The notes beneath the pieces were generated by a model that had not been told where the DNA came from, did not search any database, and saw only the letters and a program-made list of their open reading frames with translations. This document shows positions 10,074 to 19,388 of a stretch of 64,000 nucleotides of DNA, in pieces. The position numbers and the translations under genes were made by a program. The DNA lies in sequence record DRR378314_1931; one strand, 5' to 3'. Every line of letters begins with the position of its first letter. Position 1 is the first letter of the stretch.

Positions 10074-11306
10074 TTAGCTTGCGTCGCTTAGCCCAAACTG
10101 CTTAACCACCTTGTCGAAATACTCCAGGTTTTGCTTAGCGTAATCACGCTTTTCTACATAGCGACCCGGGAAGAAGTTCTTCTTAAAGCCGTAGGCGACA
10201 ATGTCTTTCAGGCGCTTCAGAGAAATATCAAAATTATCCACAGCTAACTGATATTCGTTGCTGACCGTGGTACGAGAAACCAAACGGTTATCGGTACAAA
10301 TAATGGTAGCTAAGCGGTTATCCAGCATGTGCTGGAAGTTGTGGTTTTTAATGTCGCCAATATCCGGGTTAGTTTGGAGGTTACTGGTCAGGCAAACTTC
10401 AACGGCAATACGACGGTCAGCAATATAAGAGGCCAGGCTTTCGCCATAAGCTTTCGGGTCTTCAATAGACGGGTCCTGAGTCATTTCCGGAGAGAATAAC
10501 GAATAACCATGACCTAAGCGGTCGGCATGGCACTTGGTCAAGGCTTCAAAAATGCTCTCAGCACCGTAAGCTTCTCCTGCGTGCACGGTTTTCAGCAGAA
10601 AGTTTTCGTGTGCGTATTCGTATACTTCTTTGAACTCACCTGCCGGGTAGCCAATTTCCTGACCGGCAATATCCAGTCCGACAATTGGCATACCTTCTTC
10701 GTCACGCATACGAACGCTGGCGCGAACCAAATCCATTGCAGCCGTTTTAATAACCTGCATAGGTTCAAAATCGCGCATTAACTGGAACATTTGTGTGTAA
10801 TAAGGGGAGAACCCTTTTTTACCAAACATCCGCATGGCGCAGTTGATAATGCCGTAGTCAAATGGTGGCTTATCGCCGTTTTTAACGTCTGCGCGGTTGT
10901 TGTACTCTTTCTTTGCGCGCAAAAGGCCGTCGTTTACTACGTGCATTATGGTGTCAAAAGTAACCCCTTTACCCGGGTCCATGAGTAGCTGAGGAGCAAA
11001 GCGTACCTCAATGTAATTCACCCCTTCGTTTTGATTATCGACGGCTAATTCATAAGAAGCTTGTTCCAGGTTTTCCAAATCACGCAAAGCGGCACAGGTA
11101 TACTGAAACCCATTTAGGTATTCACCCAAATTGTTGTAATGCGATTTAAACACCAGATCAAACAGGCCTTCTTCGGTATAGCTTGGAAGTTCGATATCAG
11201 CGCGCTTAGCCATATCAATTAAGCTGCTGGCACGAAGGCTGCCATCAAGGTGCAAGTGCAAGTCAGCTTTAGGAATGGCTTTGATAAATTCGGGGGAATA
11301 TTGCAT
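10074..11306 (-). CDS. add: Adenosine deaminase family protein
   Basis: PKADLHLHLDG, HAGE, RLGHG, EVCLTSN and TDN motifs; start set at MQYSPEF (11306) with an AGGAG RBS. Confidence 0.85.
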   Translation of the reverse strand: MQYSPEFIKAIPKADLHLHLDGSLRASSLIDMAKRADIELPSYTEEGLFDLVFKSHYNNLGEYLNGFQYTCAALRDLENLEQASYELAVDNQNEGVNYIEVRFAPQLLMDPGKGVTFDTIMHVVNDGLLRAKKEYNNRADVKNGDKPPFDYGIINCAMRMFGKKGFSPYYTQMFQLMRDFEPMQVIKTAAMDLVRASVRMRDEEGMPIVGLDIAGQEIGYPAGEFKEVYEYAHENFLLKTVHAGEAYGAESIFEALTKCHADRLGHGYSLFSPEMTQDPSIEDPKAYGESLASYIADRRIAVEVCLTSNLQTNPDIGDIKNHNFQHMLDNRLATIICTDNRLVSRTTVSNEYQLAVDNFDISLKRLKDIVAYGFKKNFFPGRYVEKRDYAKQNLEYFDKVVKQFGLSDAS

Positions 11307-11406
11307 AGAGAACTCCTGCCTTAAGGTTGCTTTGTCCCATAATGCCATAAAATCGTGCTAATCTCTGCCAGGATCTGACCACATTAACTTAAAAAAATAG
11401 AACAAA

Positions 11407-11988
11407 ATGGCTTCTTTATATTTCACTTACTCGGCAATGAATGCAGGCAAAAGTACGTCGTTATTGCAAGTGGCGCACAATTACGAAGAGCGCCAACAAC
11501 ATGTCCTGCTAATGACGCCGGCTTTAGATGATCGGGCAGGTAAAGGACGTATTGCTTCCCGATTAGGAATTGGTCGCGATGCGGTGTCTTTCACACACCG
11601 GACAGATTTAGCTGCCGTAGTCCGGGCTCGCTACATGCAACAGGCAATTGACTGTGTGTTAATTGATGAGGCGCAGTTTTTAAGTGAAGAGCAGGTGTGG
11701 CAATTGTCCAGTCTGGCTGACACCGACAATATTCCGGTAATGTGTTACGGCATCCGCACCGACGCTTTTGGCAACGCCTTTCCGGGTAGTGCGGTGTTGT
11801 TGGCTATAGCCGACAAACTGGTGGAAATGAAAACCATCTGCCACTGCGGTCGCAAAGCGACCATGTCATTGCGGGTTGACGAACAGGGCAATGCGATACG
11901 CATGGGGCAGCAAATAGCTATTGGTGGCAATGATCGTTACGTTTCATGTTGTCGTAAACACTGGAAAGAAGCCATGGGGCTGCGCTAA
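11407..11988 (+). CDS. tdk: Thymidine kinase
   Basis: SAMNAGKST P-loop, DEAQF, Zn-binding CHCG...CCRKH. Confidence 0.97.
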   Translation: MASLYFTYSAMNAGKSTSLLQVAHNYEERQQHVLLMTPALDDRAGKGRIASRLGIGRDAVSFTHRTDLAAVVRARYMQQAIDCVLIDEAQFLSEEQVWQLSSLADTDNIPVMCYGIRTDAFGNAFPGSAVLLAIADKLVEMKTICHCGRKATMSLRVDEQGNAIRMGQQIAIGGNDRYVSCCRKHWKEAMGLR

Positions 11989-12035
11989 AACGGTCAAATA
12001 GAGTACGGAATATGGGTTTTAGCGAAGGCACTTGA

Positions 12036-12044
12036 TGGTATACT
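12036..12044 (+). promoter_or_regulatory. Candidate extended -10 promoter for pyrC
   Basis: TGgTATACT about 25-30 nt upstream of the start. Confidence 0.5.
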
Positions 12045-12068
12045 GAGTTTCTCATTTTTTAGCCAGAA

Positions 12069-13109
12069 GTGACTATGCAAAGCTTAACAATTCCAAGACC
12101 TGATGACTGGCACCTGCATTTACGCGATGGTGCTATGTTACAAACAACCGTACCTGCAACTGCGGCAGTGTTTCATCGTGCTGTGGTTATGCCAAACCTG
12201 GTCCCCCCGGTAACAACCGTAGCGGCCGCTATGGAATATCGTGAGAGAATTTTGGCCGAGATCCCTGCTGGCATGAGTTTTAATCCGCTTATGGCTTTGT
12301 ATCTCACGGCAGATACAACCCCTGCAGAAATTGCTGAAGCTGCTGCGAACGAGCATGTTATTGGCTTCAAGCTATATCCGTCAGGAGCCACCACAAATTC
12401 TGCCGCTGGTGTGAAGTCGGTAGAAGCTCTGGCTCCTGTGCTGGCAGCTATGCAGGAGCATCAGGTACCTTTGCTGGTGCATGGTGAAGTAACCGACAGC
12501 GACATCGATATCTTTGACCGCGAAAGAGTTTTTATTGAACGGCATTTAATTCCGATAACCGAGCGCTTCCCGCAGTTAAAGCTGGTGCTGGAGCATATAA
12601 CCACCGCCGATGCGGTTCAGTTTGTTGAAAACGCCAACAGTAACGTTGCAGCCACAATGACCCCGCAACACTTACTGATGAACCGCAACGACTTGCTGGT
12701 CGGTGGTATTCGTCCACATAATTACTGTCTGCCAATTTTAAAACGTCAGTCACATCAGCAGGCCTTGCAGCAGGCGGCCTTGTCGGGTAACCCTAAGTTT
12801 TTCCTCGGAACTGACTCAGCCCCGCATGTGCAGGCAAGTAAAGAGACTGCTTGTGGTTGTGCGGGTTGTTATTCAGCTCCAGCAGCAATTGAGCTTTATG
12901 CCGAGTTTTTTAGCCAGCATAATGCGCTGGATAAACTGGCAAATTTTGCCAGTGTTTTTGGGGCTGATTTTTATCAGTTACCCCGCAACACTGAGACCAT
13001 TGAACTGGTTCAACAACCATGGACTGTTGCTGAAACGGTAGACACGGCAACAGGGCCTATGGTGCCTTATTGGGCAGGGTCTGGTTTGCAATGGAAACTG
13101 CGCGGTTAG
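12069..13109 (+). CDS. pyrC: Dihydroorotase (homodimeric type); start may be ATG 12075
   Basis: DDWHLHLRDG, KLYP, LLVHGEV, LEHITT, FLGTDSAPH. Confidence 0.97.
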   Translation: MTMQSLTIPRPDDWHLHLRDGAMLQTTVPATAAVFHRAVVMPNLVPPVTTVAAAMEYRERILAEIPAGMSFNPLMALYLTADTTPAEIAEAAANEHVIGFKLYPSGATTNSAAGVKSVEALAPVLAAMQEHQVPLLVHGEVTDSDIDIFDRERVFIERHLIPITERFPQLKLVLEHITTADAVQFVENANSNVAATMTPQHLLMNRNDLLVGGIRPHNYCLPILKRQSHQQALQQAALSGNPKFFLGTDSAPHVQASKETACGCAGCYSAPAAIELYAEFFSQHNALDKLANFASVFGADFYQLPRNTETIELVQQPWTVAETVDTATGPMVPYWAGSGLQWKLRG

Positions 13110-13239
13110 CCATTAAAGTTGTATTGCGACAAATGGGTTATGACGAAGATCATAAACTGCTGCGGAGAGGCGCTTTTTCTGATGAGCTTTGCAAAGTTTC
13201 TGTTAACATGGTTGAAAATAAAATAAAGGATGTTGTTGA

Positions 13240-14151
13240 GTGCTAGGATTTTCAAAGCAAAAACAAAATGATCACCGTATTTGCTTTCAAATAACGCAAA
13301 ACAGCGTCCGTCTCCTCGTTGCTAAAGGCTCTGCTAACGCCCCCGAATTAATAGTTAATGACTACGAGCCGGTGCAGCGAGGTTCGTTACTTAAGCACGC
13401 CGACACTCTTTTGGGTAAATATTCCCGTTTGTCATTAAAGCATGCGCAAGTCACTTTGGTGTTGGGCACGGATTTATACGAGTCGGTTCAGGTGGATAGA
13501 CCCATGCTGGATCCGGAAGAAATCTCAGAAAGCTTAAAATACAGTTTAAGCGACTTAGTGTCCTTTGCGGCTGATGAAATTATTGCCGATTATTATGAAT
13601 TCCCGGAACAACCCTCCGGTCAGGATAAAGTGGTTGCAGTTGCGGCGAATAAAAGCGATTTAATGCCCTGGGTTGAGTTATTCGGTGAACATGATTTGAG
13701 CTTAACGGATATCGCCATTACTGAACTGACGTTACCGCGGTTAGCTGAAACTCAGAACCACGCTGAACTCACTTTATACCAAAACCCTGCTGGCAATTAT
13801 CTTGCACAAATTAATACCCCTAAAGGGCTTATGTTCACTCGTCTACTGCGCGGTGTGACCGACGTTTCTAAATACACAGAGAGCGAAATAGAAGCTGGTG
13901 CTTTAGAACCTTTGGCTACAGAGTTACAGCGTTCGGTCGATTATTTCGAAAGTCATTTGCGACAGGCCCCCATTAGTCGGATTATTCTCGCCGTAGAACA
14001 CATGAAGCCTGCCTCCCTTGAAAAGAGCCTGGCTGAGCTGTTAGCAGTAGAGTGCACTATGTATCAGTACCCACAATGGTCTGCTGACTTACGCGAGGGC
14101 GACTACTCCGATCTTGCTGGCTTAGGTGCGTTAGTTGAGGGCGATTTATGA
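13240..14151 (+). CDS. mshI: MSHA biogenesis protein MshI, N-terminal PilM-like part (MshI1)
   Basis: LATELQRSVDYFESHLRQAP motif; first gene of the msh cluster. Confidence 0.8.
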   Translation: MLGFSKQKQNDHRICFQITQNSVRLLVAKGSANAPELIVNDYEPVQRGSLLKHADTLLGKYSRLSLKHAQVTLVLGTDLYESVQVDRPMLDPEEISESLKYSLSDLVSFAADEIIADYYEFPEQPSGQDKVVAVAANKSDLMPWVELFGEHDLSLTDIAITELTLPRLAETQNHAELTLYQNPAGNYLAQINTPKGLMFTRLLRGVTDVSKYTESEIEAGALEPLATELQRSVDYFESHLRQAPISRIILAVEHMKPASLEKSLAELLAVECTMYQYPQWSADLREGDYSDLAGLGALVEGDL

Positions 14152-14756
14152 AGCAATGGGTAAATCTGTACCGCAACGAGCTGAAGCCTGTAAAGCAGAG
14201 GCTCACACTAACGAAGGTAAGTTCTGTTTTGGGCCTTTGGCTGGGGCTGTTACTCGTGGTGGTTGGGGTTACTCAGTGGCAAAAAGCAACGATTGTTCAA
14301 AAGAATGAACAGTTATCGGCGACACTGGAGTCACTCAATAGTGACTTGGCTAATAATCGCGAGAGAATTTCTTTGCGGCAGCCAAGTCCGCAACTTCAGG
14401 CAGAAAAAGAGCAATTACAGCAAGAGTTGCAGGACGCCAGAAGTTTCAGTCAGCAAATTGCAGAGTTTCGTCAGAACCAGTCCTCATCCGTTAGTGAGTT
14501 TTTACATGAACTTGCAGAGATAACCCCGGAAGACATCTGGTTAACTGATTTTTCAATGTCTGGCGAGAATATCCGTTTACACGGGCAGGCGCTAAACAGT
14601 GAAGCCTTAGTGTTATGGATGGATAAGTTTGGTCAGTCGGGGGTTCTGTCAGATAAGCGCTTTGCGGTTGTCGAGCTTAAGCGCAGCGAGCAAGGCTATC
14701 AGCAGTTTTTGCTGCAAAGCGTCAGAAGCAGCGAGGGCGAATCAAACAATGAATAA
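14148..14756 (+). CDS. MSHA biogenesis PilN-like protein (MshI2)
   Basis: KQWVNLY N-terminus, TM segment, coiled coil, PEDIWLT...IRLHGQA PilN domain. Confidence 0.8.
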   Translation: MKQWVNLYRNELKPVKQRLTLTKVSSVLGLWLGLLLVVVGVTQWQKATIVQKNEQLSATLESLNSDLANNRERISLRQPSPQLQAEKEQLQQELQDARSFSQQIAEFRQNQSSSVSEFLHELAEITPEDIWLTDFSMSGENIRLHGQALNSEALVLWMDKFGQSGVLSDKRFAVVELKRSEQGYQQFLLQSVRSSEGESNNE

Positions 14757-15383
14757 CTGGTGGTTACGCGCACAAGAAGCCTTTAACTCTATGCCCGGGC
14801 GACAGCGAGCTCTGTTGTCACTGGCCGGTTTTTTAATGATTACTCTGCCGCTTATGAGCTACGTTATTTTTCCAACGCTGGAACAGAACAAAATTCTTTC
14901 AGCGGAGAACCACCGTATAGCCTCTCAAATAGAGCAGTCTAAGCAATTAGCGCAGGACTTGCAGGCGCAGCTGGTTACTGACATAGATGCTCCGCTCAGA
15001 GCCGAAATCAAGCAGTTGAAGCAGCGCTTAGCTCAGGCAAAAGGCAATTTTTCAGAAAGTCAGGTTTTATTGCCCGCACAACAACGAAAACAGTTTCTAA
15101 ACAGTGTGTTACGTCATGCTTCAGAACTTGGAATGGACAGTTTAGAAGCTAAAGAGCCGACTGTCGTATTTGAACCGGGTCTATTAAACTCTATCAGCAT
15201 GCCGTACAGGTGGAATTTACCGGGCGCTTTTTCGCTATATCCGACTTTGTCGATACACTGCAAAAAGAATACCCGAATGTCCAGTGGGCTCGCTTTGATT
15301 ATCAGGTAGGTGACTACCCGACAGCGAAGGTAACGATAGTCTGGTATCTGCTAAGTACAGATAAGGAGTTTATCAGTGCTTAG
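14749..15383 (+). pseudogene. mshJ: mshJ (PilO/GspM-like), frameshifted near 15173-15180; real lesion or sequencing error
   Basis: Frame 1 gives MNNWW...EPTVVFE; the MshJ-like C-terminus (LYQHAVQVEFTGRFF...FDYQVGDYPTAKVTIVWYLLSTDKEFISA*) is in the -1 frame and ends at TAG 15383, overlapping mshK. Confidence 0.85.
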
Positions 15384-15717
15384 AGGAATTGTGTTGTTAT
15401 TACTAATGGTCGCGGCCTCGGCTTTTTCGCAAGAGCGGGATCCTACCCAGCCACCGTTTACAGTAAGTCAGCCCGCAGTGGAAATGGATAGTTGGGGACA
15501 GAATATAAAGCTGTCTCAAATTTTTTATTCAGAACAGAGGCAGTCAGCCCGTATTAATGGCGAATGGGTTAAGCCTGGTGAAAATATTGATGGGTTTCGG
15601 GTTAACTCAGTTAATCCAAACAGCGTTATTTTAGAGAAGAACAACGAAAGAGTAGAGATTACTTTGTTTAAGCCGATAAAGCAGAACGAGAAAGGCAATC
15701 CGGGGGCGGTACAATGA
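15376..15717 (+). CDS. mshK: MSHA biogenesis protein MshK
   Basis: Signal peptide, RDPTQP, ARING..VKPGE.IDG motif. Confidence 0.85.
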   Translation: MLRGIVLLLLMVAASAFSQERDPTQPPFTVSQPAVEMDSWGQNIKLSQIFYSEQRQSARINGEWVKPGENIDGFRVNSVNPNSVILEKNNERVEITLFKPIKQNEKGNPGAVQ

Positions 15718-17399
15718 AAAGAGTTGCAGCAGGAGCGTTATTGTTGGCACTGAGCGGCTGTGCCTATCAACCGAGCTATTCTCCGGATGAAGCCAATAAA
15801 GCAATGAAGCCGGAAGCTTCTGGGAAGAAAGAAACAGAGGTAAAGAAAGAGCTGCCAGCAGAAGTCAGTAACTTTTTAAATCAGACGGCAAATAAAGAAC
15901 AGGAAGATGGCCTCGCCTTACTCGAGGAGCCTCGTTTTGTGTTGCAGGCCGATGATGTTGACGCGAAAGCCTTCTTTTATGGGTTAGCGGCAGATTCTCC
16001 TTATAATATTCTGGTACACCCCAATGTAAGTGGCGAAATCTCGCTAAGCCTTAAAGACGTGACTTTAGACGAGACGCTGGATGCTGTGCAGGATATGTAC
16101 GGTTTTGAAGTTCGTCGTTCTGGGCGTACTATTCAAATATACCCTGCCGGGGTAAGAACTCAGACATTCTCGCTGGATTACCTGTCGCTTCGCCGTTTTG
16201 GAATGTCACAAACCGAAATTTCCGGTGGTGGTGTCAGTGAGGAGCGTAACAATAACAGAGGATTAGGTAACAATTCAGGAAACAGCAACACCCGTGTAGA
16301 AGGCACTCCTCTGCTTGGTAATAGCGATGGTGAGTACCGTCGGGACAGTCAGCAGAATCAGTTGCAAGGTAATGGTTCCAGCATAAATACCCAGTCAGAG
16401 ACCGACTTATGGGGCGGTTTAAAAGACGTTATTGAAGGCATTATTGGTGACGGCAATGTGGTGCTGTCGCCGCAGGCGGGTATTGTTAGTGTTACTGCTT
16501 CACCGAGTAAACTGCGCGCTGTTGGTGATTTCATCACGGTTCTGGAATCTCGTCTGCAGCGTCAGGTTATTCTGGAAGCTCGTATTATTGAAGTAACTCT
16601 GAACGATGGCTATCAACAAGGGATAAACTGGAGTGACTTATACAATGGTAAAGCTGGTTGGGGAGTAGGGGTCGGTGTAGATTTTGCTGGAACAAATCCG
16701 CTTCCTGCAGCTTCAACTATAGGTGGTCTATTTGGGTTAACATATAGTGATGAAAGCAATAACTTTTCCGGCATGATTGAAATGCTGCAAACCCAGGGCA
16801 CTGTACAAGTACTTTCTAATCCTCGTGTTAGTGCGTCGAACAATCAGAAAGCGGTTATTAAAATTGGTGAAGATTCTTATTTCGTAACCAACGTAGATTC
16901 GACAACTAATTTTGGAAGTGGAGGTAGTACACCTGTATCGAACTCAAATGTCGATTTAACACCGTTCTTCTCAGGTATATCTTTAGATGTTACCCCCCAA
17001 ATTAGCGACGATGGTGAGGTCATTCTTCATGTACATCCGTCAGTTGTCGAAACGGAGGAGCAACAAAAAGTCATTACCTTAACCGACGGTGAGCTGGTGT
17101 TACCTCTGGCTCGTAGCAATATTCGTGAGTCAGACACCATAGTTAAAGCTCGCAACGGCGAAATAGTGGTTCTCGGTGGTTTGATGCAGACGACTAACTC
17201 CGAAGAAGTCAGTAAAGTACCGCTATTAGGTGATATTCCTTTGTTGGGCGAGTTATTTACTAACCGTCGCAACCGCCAGGAAAAGAAAGAACTGGTTATA
17301 TTACTGAAACCGACTGTGGTGGGTGTTGATACCTGGCGCGATGAACTGAAACGATCTCGCGAACTGCTGCAAGAATGGTTCCCGGATATAGAGCAATAA
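15714..17399 (+). CDS. mshL: MSHA outer-membrane secretin (lipoprotein)
   Basis: LSGC lipobox, QVILEARIIEV, LSNPRV..NNQKAVIK, KVPLLGDIPLLGELF secretin motifs. Confidence 0.95.
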   Translation: MKRVAAGALLLALSGCAYQPSYSPDEANKAMKPEASGKKETEVKKELPAEVSNFLNQTANKEQEDGLALLEEPRFVLQADDVDAKAFFYGLAADSPYNILVHPNVSGEISLSLKDVTLDETLDAVQDMYGFEVRRSGRTIQIYPAGVRTQTFSLDYLSLRRFGMSQTEISGGGVSEERNNNRGLGNNSGNSNTRVEGTPLLGNSDGEYRRDSQQNQLQGNGSSINTQSETDLWGGLKDVIEGIIGDGNVVLSPQAGIVSVTASPSKLRAVGDFITVLESRLQRQVILEARIIEVTLNDGYQQGINWSDLYNGKAGWGVGVGVDFAGTNPLPAASTIGGLFGLTYSDESNNFSGMIEMLQTQGTVQVLSNPRVSASNNQKAVIKIGEDSYFVTNVDSTTNFGSGGSTPVSNSNVDLTPFFSGISLDVTPQISDDGEVILHVHPSVVETEEQQKVITLTDGELVLPLARSNIRESDTIVKARNGEIVVLGGLMQTTNSEEVSKVPLLGDIPLLGELFTNRRNRQEKKELVILLKPTVVGVDTWRDELKRSRELLQEWFPDIEQ

Positions 17400-17409
17400 C
17401 TAAGGTAGT

Positions 17410-18318
17410 ATGTACTTATACCATTACGGCTTACGCGAACTGCCCTTTACTATAACGCCGAACACGCAGTTCTACTACGACTTGAAAAGCCACCACGAAG
17501 CTTTCGAGGTGGTTTTAACGGCGTTAAAAACCGGTGAAGGCTTTATTAAAATTACCGGAGAGGTTGGAACCGGTAAAACTCTTCTGTGCCGACGGTTATT
17601 AAATGATATCCCTGACTTTTTTAAAACCGCTTACATTCCAGACTCATACCTTGACCCGGCTGAACTGAGGCTGGCCATTGCTCAGGAACTGGACCTGGAA
17701 ACCGGACAAATGACCAATCAGCAGCAGCTGGCGCGGGCATTGCAACAGCGCTTGCTGGATATTAATAAAAACGGGCAGGCCGTGGTGATACTCATTGATG
17801 AGGCACAGGCGCTGCCGGAAGAAAGTCTGGAAGCTTTGCGTTTATTATCCAACCTGGAAACTGAACGGCGTAAATTGGTGCATATTATTTTACTGGGTCA
17901 GCCGGAACTCGATGAGCGTTTATCACAAAAAGCTTTTAGGCAACTTCGTCAGCGAATCAGTTTTTCACATAAATTAACTGCCATGAACGTGGATGAAACG
18001 GCCGAATATATTGCGCACCGTATGGATGTGGCCGGTTATCAGGGCACCCCGATATTCGACTGGAAGTTAGTCCGGCGGTTACATCGTTGCAGCCGTGGCG
18101 TACCCCGTTTAATTAACATGCTGTGTCATAAAATGCTGCTGCTGGCTTACGGAGAGGGACGTCATCAGTTGTCGACGCGGGATTTAAAGTTAGCGGTTAA
18201 TGATACCGAAGATACAGAATTGACTCGCTCTGTATGGCTTCCCGTAACTGTGTCTGTGTGCGTATTTTTTCTGGCGGCAGCCGCGCTCAGTTATTGGCAA
18301 ATGGGTGGTTCGCTATGA
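17410..18318 (+). CDS. mshM: ExeA-family AAA ATPase MshM
   Basis: GEVGTGKT Walker A, IDEAQ, LLGQPEL, GVPRLIN. Confidence 0.92.
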   Translation: MYLYHYGLRELPFTITPNTQFYYDLKSHHEAFEVVLTALKTGEGFIKITGEVGTGKTLLCRRLLNDIPDFFKTAYIPDSYLDPAELRLAIAQELDLETGQMTNQQQLARALQQRLLDINKNGQAVVILIDEAQALPEESLEALRLLSNLETERRKLVHIILLGQPELDERLSQKAFRQLRQRISFSHKLTAMNVDETAEYIAHRMDVAGYQGTPIFDWKLVRRLHRCSRGVPRLINMLCHKMLLLAYGEGRHQLSTRDLKLAVNDTEDTELTRSVWLPVTVSVCVFFLAAAALSYWQMGGSL

Positions 18319-19388
18319 GCGTTATTAATAAAGTTTTAAAAGATTTAGACCGTCGGGGGCAGCAGCCCTTCTCGAAAAGGGCGGCGAGTAGCGCCGTTGA
18401 GCGCCGCAGTAGTCATCGTTTAGGGTTATGGTTGCTGGCGCTGATGCTATTGATTGTTCTGGCCTTAGTGGTTTTTTGGTGGCAGTCGCGTTCAGAAAAC
18501 ACAATGACGGTAACGGAGAGCGAGCCGGCTGAAATGCCAAAACTGCAAGAGCGGGTCGAGCCATTCATTGATACTGCAGTGATAGAAGTGCCAGCTGAGC
18601 GCACCCCTCGCTCTGAAAGTGATTCACGGCAATCTAGTGAGATAGTATCACAAGACTTGGCTTCGGTTGTGATTCCGGAAACCGAACCGGAAAAGGCCGA
18701 AAAAGCAGAGTCCATGCCAGAAGAGCCTGTTGTTAACGCTGAAGACACCGAAAACGAGACGCAAAAAGGCGGTGAATTTAGCAAGCAACCCGTGCAGCTC
18801 TCGCCAGCAGAGATTTCCGCACAACATATTGAGAAGGCACAAAAAGCTCAGCAACAGGGTCGTTTAACTGCGGCGGAAGACCATTGGCGTAAGGCGCTTG
18901 CTGTCACTCCTGAAAATAAAGAAGTCAGAAAAAAGCTGGCGGCTTTGCAGTTTGGCCGGAATAAGGTATCGCAGGCATTAACAACGCTAGAAGCCGGTTT
19001 TAAACTGAACCCAAATGACTTTGAGTTTCGTCTGCTAAGTGCGCGAATTCTGGAGAAAGAAGCGCGACCTGCTGCGGCACTAAGTTTGTTGAAGCAAGCG
19101 ACGCCGGACGCCGGTGCCTATCCACAGTATGTTCAGAAACAAGCGTTATTAGCCCAGGCACAGGGCGACTACAAGGCAGCGGCTGACGCATATCAGCGCC
19201 TTGTCGAGTCTGAACCGGAACAAGGCCGCTGGTATTTAGGTAAAGCTGTTGCGCAACAGGAGTTCGCGCCAGAAGCCGCTGTTGCCTCATATCAGGAAGC
19301 GTTTAAACGGATAAAACATCAGCCGACCCTGGATTTTATTGAGCAGCAAATTACGTCTTTACAGGTAACTGAAGCAGGTGAGCAATGA
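18315..19388 (+). CDS. mshN: MSHA biogenesis TPR protein MshN
   Basis: MSVINKVLKDLDRR start overlapping the mshM stop, TM segment, C-terminal TPRs (GRWYLG). Confidence 0.88.
   Translation: MSVINKVLKDLDRRGQQPFSKRAASSAVERRSSHRLGLWLLALMLLIVLALVVFWWQSRSENTMTVTESEPAEMPKLQERVEPFIDTAVIEVPAERTPRSESDSRQSSEIVSQDLASVVIPETEPEKAEKAESMPEEPVVNAEDTENETQKGGEFSKQPVQLSPAEISAQHIEKAQKAQQQGRLTAAEDHWRKALAVTPENKEVRKKLAALQFGRNKVSQALTTLEAGFKLNPNDFEFRLLSARILEKEARPAAALSLLKQATPDAGAYPQYVQKQALLAQAQGDYKAAADAYQRLVESEPEQGRWYLGKAVAQQEFAPEAAVASYQEAFKRIKHQPTLDFIEQQITSLQVTEAGEQ

Noticed and set aside
11307..11406. Adenine riboswitch upstream of add, as in Vibrio
   Set aside because: The minus-strand leader lacks the purine-riboswitch core (UUUCUAC junction and the P2/P3 loop pattern)
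14629..15309. The 226-aa ORF taken as an intact gene
   Set aside because: Its first 40 codons overlap mshI2 and its last ~45 codons are out-of-frame mshJ; re-called as frameshifted mshJ
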